This document shows, one piece after another, positions 37,040 to 46,593 of a stretch of DNA of 64,000 nucleotides. A model generated the notes under the pieces. It saw only the letters and a program-made list of their open reading frames with translations. It searched no databases and had not been told where the DNA came from. A program made the position numbers and the translations under genes. The stretch is from Candidatus Micrarchaeia archaeon. GTDB lineage: Archaea > Micrarchaeota > Micrarchaeia > Micrarchaeales > CABMGC01. The stretch spans positions 1 through 64,000 of the forward strand of contig JBMFUT010000002.1 in assembly GCA_049966395.1 (NCBI GenBank). Direction: 5' to 3'. Each line of letters opens with the position of its first letter. Within the stretch, counting starts at the first letter, position 1.

Positions 37040-39436
37040 ATGCCAGCGGCAGAATTCAAGGGCATGAAAGTTGAAGAAGCGATGAAAAAGCTTTCATGTA
37101 CCGCGGAGGGACTCAAAAGCGAAGAGGCTCAGAAGAGGCTCGCGTCATATGGTGCAAACGAAATACCCTCTAAGAAGAAGAGCATGGTCCTTCTTTTTCT
37201 GAGCAAGTTCTATGGCCCTATACCAATAATGCTCTGGCTCATAATAGTGATATCATACCTGCTGGGCCACATGGTAGACTTTTATGTTGTGCTTGCGCTG
37301 CTCTTTTTCAATTCTATAGTCTCTTTTGCGGAGGAATACAAGGCAGACTCTTCGATAGAAATGCTCAAGAAGAGGCTAGTTGTCAAGGCAAGGGTCCTGC
37401 GCTCAGGATCTTGGATAGAGATAGACGCTAAATACGTCGTTCCGGGAGACATAATGAGGGTGCGGCTAGGCGACATCGTAGCCGCCGATGCGAAGGTAAT
37501 AGAGCCTGAAGGACTCGAGGCAAATGAAGCTGCGCTTACCGGAGAATCAATGCCTGTTGCAAAGTCAAAGTCTGATATGCTTTATACGGGCTCTTCAATA
37601 ACCCATGGCGAGGGAACGTGCGTAGTTGTTGCAACTGGGATAAACACTTACTATGGCAAGACGGCGAAGCTTGTAGAGGAGGCAAGGCCGAGGTCGCACC
37701 TTGAGGATACGATAATGTCTATAGTAAAGTACCTGGTAGCGGCAGACCTGGCAATAGTGCTCCTGATGTTCGCATATGGAGTAATTGTGCTGCATTCCGA
37801 GATAGCGATACTGCTTCCATTTTCTCTAGTGGTGATACTCGCTTCAGTTCCGGTGGCGCTGCCTGCCGCATTCACTGTAGCTATGGCGCTCGGGACAGAG
37901 AGGCTTGCCAATAGGCATGTGCTCATAACAAAACTAGAGGCGCTTGAGGAAACTTCCAACATGAATGTGCTGTGCCTTGACAAGACAGGCACAATAACCG
38001 AAAACAAGATTTTCGTCGAGCAAATGAGTGCGACGGGCTGCGGCGAGGAAGAGCTTGCAAGGTTTGCCGCCGAAGCCTCGAGGGCGGAAGATAAAGACCC
38101 CATAGACGCCGCAATGCTGGAAAAGGCAAAGGCGATGGGAGTAGAGCAGGGCAAGCAGATAAAATTCGTGCCTTTCGATCCTAGCTCAAAGAGAACAGAA
38201 GCCGAAATATCATTTGGCAAAGCTATCTATCGCGTTTCAAAAGGCGCGCCGCAGGTAATCGCGCAGCTTTGCAAACTAGGCACCTCTGAGCTTAAGAAAT
38301 TGAATTCGATAGTAGAGAAGTATTCTTCTTCTGGCTTCAGGAGCATAGCTGTTGCAAAGCAGTCAAATGGCAAGTGGCGCCTCATGGGTGTTGTTGCGCT
38401 TTCAGACAGGATAAAGCCCGACTCCCAAAAGTTTATAAGGGAACTAATATCTCTGGGCATAAGGCCGAAGATGCTTACAGGCGACAACATTGCGGTGGCT
38501 GAGCAGGTTGCGTCTGAGCTGAATCTTGGCAAGAATGTTCTCGATGCATCATCATTCGATAGGCTCACCGAAAAGGAAATGGCGATTGCTGCTGAAAACA
38601 CCGACGTCTTTGCAGGCATATATCCGTCAGACAAGTACAAAATAGTGAAGGCGCTGCAACAGCGCAAGTACCTTGTTGGAATGACAGGAGACGGAATAAA
38701 TGATGCGCCAGCCATAAAGCAGGCGGAGGTAGGCATCGCGGTGGAGAATGCCACAGACGTGGCAAAAAGCACGGCCGACCTGGTGCTCACAAGGAACGGC
38801 ATCGACGTCATTGTCGAGGCAATAAAGGAAAGCAGGAGGATATTCGAGAGAATGCTTACCTATACTATGGTAAAAATAGCAAGAGTGATACAGATAGTAG
38901 GGTTCATAGCCATAATCTACCTTGCCTTAGGATTTCTGCCAGTACTCTCGCTGCAGCTTATACTGCTCATATTTACCAATGACCTCATAAACATATCTAT
39001 AGCGACAGACAATGTAAGCTTCTCAAAGAGACCTACCGAATGGGACGTCAAGCAGATAACCTACGCCTCTTCGATTTTCGGCGTGCTGCTCGTGTTAGGC
39101 GCGCTCTCGCTTTCATATATTGACATCGCTATCCTGCACCTGAGTACGGCAGAATTCCAAACTACAATATTCCTGATGTTCGTGGTGACAGACAAGCTCG
39201 TGCTCTTCAACATAAGAACAAGGGACGCTCTGGCGTGGCGCATAAGGCCAAGCTCCACTCTCACAATAGCTGCTTTGGTAGGGATAACTGCGGGTATAGT
39301 ACTTTCTTACTTTGGAATACTGATGGCAAGAATAAGCGCATTGGCCCTTGCGGCGGTACTACTGGTGTCTCTTGCGTTTTTCGTCATTACAGAATACGCC
39401 AAGCCAGCGATTTTCAAGAAGTTTGGTATATTATGA
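37040..39436 (+). CDS. P-type ATPase, P3A plasma-membrane proton-efflux type
   Basis: LTGES, SVPVALP, DKTGT, PFDP..KRTE, KGAP, MLTGDN, GDGINDAP, and TND in TM6. Confidence 0.93.
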   Translation: MPAAEFKGMKVEEAMKKLSCTAEGLKSEEAQKRLASYGANEIPSKKKSMVLLFLSKFYGPIPIMLWLIIVISYLLGHMVDFYVVLALLFFNSIVSFAEEYKADSSIEMLKKRLVVKARVLRSGSWIEIDAKYVVPGDIMRVRLGDIVAADAKVIEPEGLEANEAALTGESMPVAKSKSDMLYTGSSITHGEGTCVVVATGINTYYGKTAKLVEEARPRSHLEDTIMSIVKYLVAADLAIVLLMFAYGVIVLHSEIAILLPFSLVVILASVPVALPAAFTVAMALGTERLANRHVLITKLEALEETSNMNVLCLDKTGTITENKIFVEQMSATGCGEEELARFAAEASRAEDKDPIDAAMLEKAKAMGVEQGKQIKFVPFDPSSKRTEAEISFGKAIYRVSKGAPQVIAQLCKLGTSELKKLNSIVEKYSSSGFRSIAVAKQSNGKWRLMGVVALSDRIKPDSQKFIRELISLGIRPKMLTGDNIAVAEQVASELNLGKNVLDASSFDRLTEKEMAIAAENTDVFAGIYPSDKYKIVKALQQRKYLVGMTGDGINDAPAIKQAEVGIAVENATDVAKSTADLVLTRNGIDVIVEAIKESRRIFERMLTYTMVKIARVIQIVGFIAIIYLALGFLPVLSLQLILLIFTNDLINISIATDNVSFSKRPTEWDVKQITYASSIFGVLLVLGALSLSYIDIAILHLSTAEFQTTIFLMFVVTDKLVLFNIRTRDALAWRIRPSSTLTIAALVGITAGIVLSYFGILMARISALALAAVLLVSLAFFVITEYAKPAIFKKFGIL

Positions 39437-40333
39437 GCTGGGTCTGTTTACCTTCTTCTCTATCTCTATGAGGAGGTCTATTATGAACCCCGCTATTATA
39501 GACAATATGCCTATCACTACAAGCATGAAAGCCATGAGCGCCCTGCCTATCCAGGTGAAAGTGCCCGTAGCAAGGAAATTCAGTATGACCATACTTCCTA
39601 GCGCCACTCCAGCAATTATCAGCGCAAGCCCTAATCCCCCGAAAACCAGCAGCGGATTGTAGTCTCTCGCTAGCCTTATTATGTGAGAAGCCACATTGAC
39701 ACCATAAAGCAGTTTGGATCTTGTAAGCTTAGATTCTCCGTAATTCCTTGGATAGTAACTGATTGGTATATCAACTATTTTAAATCCTCTCTTTGCGAGT
39801 TCTATAGAGAAGAAAGCATGACCCGCCCTGTAGGCGTCAATGTCCCTTATCGCATCAAGGGCTTTCCTGTTCATCACAAATAACCCAACTAGAAAGTCGC
39901 CCACGTTAGTCTTGTATACCGCGTTGAAAAGCCGCGACAGGGCCTTGTTGCCGAATATCTGGTAGCGCTTCATGGATCCCTTTGTCAAGCCCCCGAGCCT
40001 GTTGCCGAGCACCAAATCCGCCTTGCCCGACTCTACTATCTTGACTCCTTCTAAAATTCCCCTCGGATCGTGGGTGCCATCTCCGTCTATGCTTGCCACT
40101 ATGTCTCCATGGGTGTGCCTGAGCCCCAGCAGCACAGCTCTTTCCACTCCGCTGTCTTTCTGCCTTATTACTCTGGCTCCAGTGCTTTTTAGTCTTTCGT
40201 AATAGCTTCTGCTGCTTTTGTCCACTATTATTATTTCTACATTGCTACCGAGGAGTTTCCTTATCCTTTCCACAAGGCCGAACACCGCCTCCTCTTCTAT
40301 GGTCGGTATGACAACGCTTATCCTGCTTTTCAC
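39431..40333 (-). CDS. GT2 polyprenol-phosphate glycosyltransferase with two C-terminal TM helices
   Basis: VVIPT, IVD, DGDGTHDP, DLVLGNR, PISYYPR..GESKL. Confidence 0.85.
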   Translation of the reverse strand: MKSRISVVIPTIEEEAVFGLVERIRKLLGSNVEIIIVDKSSRSYYERLKSTGARVIRQKDSGVERAVLLGLRHTHGDIVASIDGDGTHDPRGILEGVKIVESGKADLVLGNRLGGLTKGSMKRYQIFGNKALSRLFNAVYKTNVGDFLVGLFVMNRKALDAIRDIDAYRAGHAFFSIELAKRGFKIVDIPISYYPRNYGESKLTRSKLLYGVNVASHIIRLARDYNPLLVFGGLGLALIIAGVALGSMVILNFLATGTFTWIGRALMAFMLVVIGILSIIAGFIIDLLIEIEKKVNRPSS

Positions 40334-40667
40334 AAAAGCACCACGGCAATCTGCAGCAAATGCCTCAATCTACTTCCAATTGAAAAATATAAATATGTGA
40401 ATAAATATGCATATTATAGCGAATTGGCGGCTCTCCGCAAAGCATTATTGGTTTGCATATTACAATTCTAAACTTTCTATAGAACGGTGCTATGCCAATC
40501 CCAACTTAACGCATGCCTTAACAATGTGAGCGAGAAATCCCACACTCTTTAGCGGTGGTAAAATAATTCAACATAAGGGTGAAATTCCTGGTGCCGAATA
40601 CCTGCACAAATACGGTATAAATCCCTTAGAGGCAAAGAGCATAATAGGCAACATTATAAAGGAAGAA

Positions 40668-41390
40668 ATGGAAATCGAAATATCAGGCGTCGAGGAAAAA
40701 GTGATGGAAGATGCAAACCTCTACGCCATATTTAACGTCAAAATCATCGCAAATGGCGTGTCATATCCTATAAAACTCGCATTTTCGATTACTGGCAACG
40801 GCAATATCGAAAAACTCAATGATTATTTCTCTGCGGTTATCTCGTCAATTGAAGAGATCTTGTCGCCAACGCTTGGCAAAGAGATTGTGAAGCCATTTGT
40901 CGCAGATCTAAAGGAAAGCACTGCCAAATTTTTGAGCGGGTATGGCAACCAGCCAGTAGGGTGGTACATAGAAGCAGGTAACAACATATACTACAGCAGG
41001 TACACCTACATATCAATAGCAGATAAAGACGTTGTAAACAGTCTCATGTCTATACTAAAGTCTTCCACAGGCAACGCGTCAAGTGCACTTAAAGATGGCA
41101 GCATATTTACAGAGCTTATACCAACCGGTTCGACTTTGCAAGCAATTAGCATATGCAAGAATATGCATGTTAACTTGCCTTCGCACGCAATAAGAATAGA
41201 TGCAAGGTCCAGGCTTGCTGATGAGGCAAAAGTTTTTACAAGCCTTCTTTTGGCATTGGATGTGATAGCAGCTGTTGATCTTTCACAGCGCAATATTGAA
41301 TACACCACAGGCATAATGCACAACGCGTATCGGCAGTTCCAAGACGCAATGAAAAAGTCAAAAAGGGAAGACCTGCCAGGGTATCAATAG
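40668..41390 (+). CDS. Hypothetical soluble protein, C-terminus PGYQ
   Basis: 240-aa ORF ending 6 nt from the tRNA-Gly 3' end; no recognised family. Confidence 0.65.
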   Translation: MEIEISGVEEKVMEDANLYAIFNVKIIANGVSYPIKLAFSITGNGNIEKLNDYFSAVISSIEEILSPTLGKEIVKPFVADLKESTAKFLSGYGNQPVGWYIEAGNNIYYSRYTYISIADKDVVNSLMSILKSSTGNASSALKDGSIFTELIPTGSTLQAISICKNMHVNLPSHAIRIDARSRLADEAKVFTSLLLALDVIAAVDLSQRNIEYTTGIMHNAYRQFQDAMKKSKREDLPGYQ

Positions 41391-41396
41391 TTTAAG

Positions 41397-41469
41397 TGCG
41401 ACCGCCGGGATTCGAACCCGGGTCTTTGCCTTGGAGGGGCAAAGTCCTACCAGGCTAGACTACGATCGC
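41397..41469 (-). tRNA. tRNA-Gly(TCC) with C at position 33
   Basis: Acceptor GCGATCG/CGGTCGC-A, D stem GTCT/GGAC, anticodon arm TTGCC-CCTCCAA-GGCAA, T arm CCGGG-TTCGAAT-CCCGG. Confidence 0.92.
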
Positions 41470-41864
41470 GCAGATAATATATATTTCAAAAAGTTTATAA
41501 TCCATTACAAGAAAACTGTGGCCTTCAGGCCGCTGATAAATTGTCCATTGCAGGTTAAGTTAATGGAGATAAATATATAAATATAGACTGCAATCCAATA
41601 TTTTAGATGCATAAGGGCTTCGAGGCCACAAAATGCAAAGGAACGCCTCGCAACCTGTTCGCCGATACCGCGTATGACAGCTAGAAAAGGCAGACTGCAA
41701 AGTATATAAATACTTCTGCTCATAATACTTCCTTATATATGCAGTTAAAGAAGGATGTGCTTTACGGCAGGGCTTGACTGCATTCGCCCAACGAGGGCGC
41801 TAAGCAGGCTCAAAAATCCAAATACTTTAGCTGTGATAGGCACTGGAAATTGCTAGATGATCTT

Positions 41865-42164
41865 ATGGCTGACCTTGGCAGAGACATAAGGCTTGCTGTG
41901 GACACCGGTAAGGTGGCCATAGGCGCAAAAGAAGCCGCTAAAGCTATAAACGCCGATTCGGCAAAGCTTGTGATCGTGGCTTCGAGAGGGATGAAGGAAG
42001 CCGTAGCAGACATGCTTCACACATGCAAGGTCGCAGGCGTGAAAGTAATAAAGTTCGAAGGCAGTGCCATGGAATTGGGAGCAACGTGCGGCAAGCCGTA
42101 CTCAATAAACGCAATGGCAGTGCTGGAGCCTGGCAACTCAAACATACTTAGCGAAAACTATTAA
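41865..42164 (+). CDS. rpl30e: Ribosomal protein eL30 (L30e)
   Basis: AVDTGKVAIG, AKLVIVA, ELGATCGKPY, EPGNSNI. Confidence 0.95.
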   Translation: MADLGRDIRLAVDTGKVAIGAKEAAKAINADSAKLVIVASRGMKEAVADMLHTCKVAGVKVIKFEGSAMELGATCGKPYSINAMAVLEPGNSNILSENY

Positions 42165-42177
42165 CAAAAGTGATTTA

Positions 42178-42606
42178 TTGGCGAAGGGAGAATTTGCTGC
42201 GAAGGTGCTCTCTAAGAAGAGGAAAGAGCAGCGTATGCTTAAAAAATGGTGGAAGAGGAAGCATTTCAAGCTGAAGCAGAAATACGATCCTGTTGGCACA
42301 GTGCCTATGGCAAGGGCAATAGTGCTGCAGAAGTTCGCTTTGCAGCAGAAGCAGCCGCACAGCGGCCAGATAAAAGCCGTGAGGGTGCAGCTGATAAAGA
42401 ACGGAAAAGTTGTAGGTGCCTACGTGCCTTACGATGGTGCAATAAGCTTCATAGACGAGCACGACGAGGTTACAATACAGGGCCTTGGAGGCTCGCAAAG
42501 AGGCCAGATGGGTTCGATACCAGGGCTCAAGTACAGAGTTATAGCAGTCAACGGTGCTGACCTTTTCGAAGTGGTCAAAGGCAAAAAGGAGAAGCCTAAG
42601 AGATGA
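42178..42606 (+). CDS. rps12: Ribosomal protein uS12 (divergent conserved loops)
   Basis: GEFAAK, VRVQLIKNGK, P.DGAISFIDEHDEV, GKKEKPR; position in the str-like operon. Confidence 0.96.
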   Translation: MAKGEFAAKVLSKKRKEQRMLKKWWKRKHFKLKQKYDPVGTVPMARAIVLQKFALQQKQPHSGQIKAVRVQLIKNGKVVGAYVPYDGAISFIDEHDEVTIQGLGGSQRGQMGSIPGLKYRVIAVNGADLFEVVKGKKEKPKR

Positions 42607-43379
42607 TGATTATGGATCAAGCAGAGAGCAACAACGCAAAAGCTGCAGAAGCGGCACAGGCGCCAGCGCCTGAAGCAGCAGCCCCCGCAGCACCAAAGAA
42701 GAGACAGAGGAAGCAGGCTGCGGCAAAGGAAGTGCCTTCTGAAAAGGCGGAGAAGCCGCAGAAGGCAAAAGTGCAGAGCATTCTGCTTTTCGACAAGTAC
42801 AGCTTCGACGATATAGTTGTTGAGGACAGGAGCCTCGCGGAATACATGAACATGAGTGTGAGAAGATACCCTAACATATACGGCAGGAGGAAAAATCACG
42901 CCTATTACACATCCCACATAAACATCGTCGAAAGGCTTGTAAACAAGCTGATGAGGGGAGGCACAGGGCGCAAAGTTGGCGGCAAGGTCATAAGAACTGA
43001 AGGAAGGCTGCAGGGCAAGAAAATAAAGACAATGCACATAGTTGAGGATGCATTCGACATAATAAACAGCAAGACTGGAAAGAATCCTCTCCAGAAGTTC
43101 ATAGAGGCGCTGGAGCACGCCGCACCTATAGAAGACACTACAAGAGTAAGATACGGAGGCATAACTTATAATGTTGCCGTGGACATAAGCTCAAAAAGGA
43201 GGGTCGACGTCGCGCTGAAGAACATAGCCCTGGCGGCAATAACCGGCGGCTTCAACAGCAGGAAGAGCATTTCTGAGGCTCTGGCAGACGAGATAATACT
43301 CGCAGCTAATGGAGATCCAAACAGCTATGCAATAAAGAAGCGCACTGACGCGGAAAGGATGGCAAGAAGCGCAAGATAA
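42603..43379 (+). CDS. rps7: Ribosomal protein uS7 with an Ala/Pro/Lys-rich N-terminal extension
   Basis: IVERLVNKLMR, AVDIS..RRVDVAL, LADEII.AA, ERMARSAR. Confidence 0.96.
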   Translation: MMIMDQAESNNAKAAEAAQAPAPEAAAPAAPKKRQRKQAAAKEVPSEKAEKPQKAKVQSILLFDKYSFDDIVVEDRSLAEYMNMSVRRYPNIYGRRKNHAYYTSHINIVERLVNKLMRGGTGRKVGGKVIRTEGRLQGKKIKTMHIVEDAFDIINSKTGKNPLQKFIEALEHAAPIEDTTRVRYGGITYNVAVDISSKRRVDVALKNIALAAITGGFNSRKSISEALADEIILAANGDPNSYAIKKRTDAERMARSAR

Positions 43380-43393
43380 AGATAGTGGTTCTT

Positions 43394-45586
43394 ATGGTAA
43401 GAAAAGAGTTTGTGGCTGAAGAGGCAGCTCACATAATGAGAAACATAAGCAAGATCAGGAACGTAGCCATAATAGCGCACGTCCACCACGGAAAGACGAC
43501 GCTGACAGACTCTCTGCTGGCAAAGGCGGGCATAATAGCAAAGACTGTTGCAGGGGAAGTGCTGTATACTAATTACGACGTCATAGAGAAGGACAGGCGC
43601 ATGACAATAAAATCCGCAAACATATCACTTGCCTTTTCTTACAACAATGAAGATTACATAATAAACCTGATAGACACGCCGGGTCACGTTGATTTCGGAG
43701 GCCACGTCACAAGGTCGATGAGGGCTGTGGATGGAGTAGTGCTTGTTGTAGACCCAGTGGAAGGCATAATGCCTCAGACAGAAACAGTGCTGAGGCAGGC
43801 GCTGAAGGAGCGCGCCAAGCCAGTGCTTTTCATAAACAAGGTGGACAGGCTTCTTAACGAGCTGAGGCTGAACCAGGACCAGGTTTACGAAAGGCTTCTT
43901 GCGCTTATAAACGAGGTAAATTCTCTGATAGACAGGTATGTGCCAGACGAATTTGCTGGAAAGTGGCACGTAAGCGTCGAGAACGGAAGCGTGTGCATAG
44001 GATCTGCCTACAAGAAGTGGGCATTGTCAATAAAGATGATGCAGCGCTACAAGGTAACTTTCAAGGACATTTACGAATACACTGCAAAGAACGACGAGGA
44101 AAAGCTCCAGGAGGTTGCGCCTATAGAAGAGGCGGTTCTCTCGATGATAATAGAGCACCTGCCACCGCCAAGCGAGGCGCAGCGCTACAGGATACCGCAA
44201 ATATGGCATGGAGACATAAACAGCGACATAGGCAAGGCGATGGTAAATGTAGATGCCAACGCCCCAGCTTGCATTGCAATATTCGGCATAGTCTACGACC
44301 AGCACAGCGGAGAGGTTGCTATAGGAAGGGTCTTCAGCGGCACTGTCAAAAAGGGTACAGAGTTATACGTTTCGGGGAAGCCAGATCCACAGCGCGTCCA
44401 GCTTGTCGGAATATTCATGGGCCCTGATAGGGTCACAGTGGACAGCATATCTGCCGGCAACATAGCCGCGATAGTAGGCATAAAAGATGTTTCAATAGGC
44501 GACACTGCAAGCGAGGTAGTAATTGAGCCATTCGAGCAAATAAAGCACTATTCGCCTCCTGTGGTTACCAAAGCCATAGAGGCAAAGGATACAAAGGACA
44601 CCATGAAGCTCATAGAGGCTTTGAGAGAGCTTTCTAAATCTGACCCCACGCTGGTAGTGGAAATAGACCAGGAGACAGGCGAGCACAAAATAAGCGGAAT
44701 GGGCGAGCTTCATCTTGACGTTATAGAGACAAAAATACGCGACGCATATGGAATTCCGATAGTGACGAGCGAGCCTATTGTGGTTTATAGGGAAACAATT
44801 GAGAAGGAAGTAAAAGACATAGAAGGCAAAGCGCCTAACAAGCATTCCAGATTCTATGTAAACGTAGCACCTCTTGAGCAGGGAGTTATAGACCTTATAG
44901 AAAACGGCACCCTAAAGGAGGGCAGGCCAAAGGGAAAGCAGTATGTCGACGCTCTCATAGAAGCAGGGCTGTCAAGGGAAGAGGCAAAGGGAGTGGAGGA
45001 CATATCAAACAGGAGCATGCTCATAGACGCAACGCACGGAGTGCAATACATGAACGAAGTCATGGAGCTGCTTATAGAAGGTTTCGAAGAGGCAATGAAC
45101 GACGGGCCTCTCGCAAGGGAAAAATGTTCTGGTATAAAGGTCTCAATAACAGATGCCACGATACACGAAGATCCGGTGCACAGAGGTCCGGCGCAGATTA
45201 TACCTGCAATGAGAAGGCCCATATACGCCGGAATGCTAACTGCGGGGGTTGTGCTTCTCGAGCCAAAGCAAAAATTCACTATTAACGCTCCTCAAGAATA
45301 CATGTCCGACATAATAGGCATGCTTCAGAGCAAGAGGGGGCAGATAATCGATATACAGCAGGAAAAAGAGCAGGTGACAATAGTAGCAAAGATGCCCGTG
45401 GCAGAAGTGATAAAGGGCTTCTCAGACGAAATGAGGAGTATAACTAAGGGCAGGGCAATATGGTACCCAGAATATGCCGGCTACGAAAAGATGCCGAAAG
45501 ATTTGCAGGAGCAGGTAGTAAGGGAAATAAGGAAGAGGAAGGGACAGCCGCCGGAGCCTCCGGTGCCGAGCCAGTTCCTCGACTGA
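43394..45586 (+). CDS. fusA: Elongation factor aEF-2
   Basis: DTPGHVDFGG, NKVD, GMGELHL, diphthamide loop HEDPVHRGPAQ; follows uS12-uS7. Confidence 0.97.
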   Translation: MVRKEFVAEEAAHIMRNISKIRNVAIIAHVHHGKTTLTDSLLAKAGIIAKTVAGEVLYTNYDVIEKDRRMTIKSANISLAFSYNNEDYIINLIDTPGHVDFGGHVTRSMRAVDGVVLVVDPVEGIMPQTETVLRQALKERAKPVLFINKVDRLLNELRLNQDQVYERLLALINEVNSLIDRYVPDEFAGKWHVSVENGSVCIGSAYKKWALSIKMMQRYKVTFKDIYEYTAKNDEEKLQEVAPIEEAVLSMIIEHLPPPSEAQRYRIPQIWHGDINSDIGKAMVNVDANAPACIAIFGIVYDQHSGEVAIGRVFSGTVKKGTELYVSGKPDPQRVQLVGIFMGPDRVTVDSISAGNIAAIVGIKDVSIGDTASEVVIEPFEQIKHYSPPVVTKAIEAKDTKDTMKLIEALRELSKSDPTLVVEIDQETGEHKISGMGELHLDVIETKIRDAYGIPIVTSEPIVVYRETIEKEVKDIEGKAPNKHSRFYVNVAPLEQGVIDLIENGTLKEGRPKGKQYVDALIEAGLSREEAKGVEDISNRSMLIDATHGVQYMNEVMELLIEGFEEAMNDGPLAREKCSGIKVSITDATIHEDPVHRGPAQIIPAMRRPIYAGMLTAGVVLLEPKQKFTINAPQEYMSDIIGMLQSKRGQIIDIQQEKEQVTIVAKMPVAEVIKGFSDEMRSITKGRAIWYPEYAGYEKMPKDLQEQVVREIRKRKGQPPEPPVPSQFLD

Positions 45587-45672
45587 AACAAAATGCGAAG
45601 CAATAAGTATTTATATATACTCATTCAAATAGGAAACCACTGATTGTTCCACCAATGAGACGAGGTGCTGTA

Positions 45673-46134
45673 ATGGCAAAATCATACGTGAAATTCGAAG
45701 TATCTAAAGAAGTGGCCGACAAGGCCTACGAGGCAGTGAGAGCAGCAAAGCAGAACGGGACAGTGAAGAAAGGGATGAACGAGACGACAAAGAGCATAGA
45801 ACGCGGCCTTGCGAGCCTAGTTGTAATTGCCGAAGACGTCGAGCCAGAGGAAGTGGTAATGCACTTGCCAATGCTTTGCGAGCAGAAGAAGATTCCATTT
45901 GTTTATGTCCCTGCCAAGCTCAACCTGGGCAAGGCAATAGGACTAAACGTGGGCTGTGCTGCAGTTGCAATAGAAAAGATGGGCGCCGCCGAGCCTATGG
46001 TAAAAGAAATAGTCGCCAAGGTGACAGGAAAGCCTGCAACTTCGCAATCAAAGCCAGTTGGAGAAGAAGCTCCGAAGCAGGAGCAGAAGCCCAAGCAGCA
46101 AAAGCAGAAGCAAGAGCAAAAACCAGAAGCGTAA
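45673..46134 (+). CDS. rpl7ae: Ribosomal protein eL8 (L7Ae) with a Q/K/E-rich C-terminal tail
   Basis: [38 protein letters not shown]. Confidence 0.96.
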   Translation: MAKSYVKFEVSKEVADKAYEAVRAAKQNGTVKKGMNETTKSIERGLASLVVIAEDVEPEEVVMHLPMLCEQKKIPFVYVPAKLNLGKAIGLNVGCAAVAIEKMGAAEPMVKEIVAKVTGKPATSQSKPVGEEAPKQEQKPKQQKQKQEQKPEA

Positions 46135-46153
46135 ATTTGCAAGTGTGTTTTGA

Positions 46154-46384
46154 ATGGCTGAAGAGCAACAAAAATTTGCGGGATACCTGGCAGAAGTAGT
46201 GGAAGTGCTCAAGGTAAGGACCGGCATATACGGCGAAATAAAGCAAATAATGTGCAAGATTCTCGAGGGCGACCGCGACAAGGGAAGGGTCATAAGGAGG
46301 AACGTGGTTGGCAAGGTGAAGGCAGGAGACATAATAAGGCTGCCTGACACTAGCAGAGAAGCGAGGGAGATAAAGGCAAGGTAG
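46154..46384 (+). CDS. rps28e: Ribosomal protein eS28
   Basis: RTGIYGE...[24 protein letters not shown]; follows L7Ae. Confidence 0.95.
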   Translation: MAEEQQKFAGYLAEVVEVLKVRTGIYGEIKQIMCKILEGDRDKGRVIRRNVVGKVKAGDIIRLPDTSREAREIKAR

Positions 46385-46392
46385 GTGTGCTC

Positions 46393-46563
46393 ATGAGATG
46401 CTCATACTGCCAGAAGGAAATAGAAAAGGGCACTGGCATAATGTTCGTGCGTAAGAACGGCTCTGTAAGGTACTATTGCTCTAATCGCTGTTTCAAGCGC
46501 GACAGGATGAGGATGAAGATAAACAAGAAGGAGATAGAGGAGAACCTAAAGCAAACGGCATAG
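46393..46563 (+). CDS. rpl24e: Ribosomal protein eL24 (L24e); not in ORF track
   Basis: Manual translation [56 protein letters not shown]; canonical L7Ae-S28e-L24e order. Confidence 0.94.
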   Translation: MRCSYCQKEIEKGTGIMFVRKNGSVRYYCSNRCFKRDRMRMKINKKEIEENLKQTA

Positions 46564-46593
46564 CGTTTGCCTAATCTCCTTAGGAGTGCTTCG

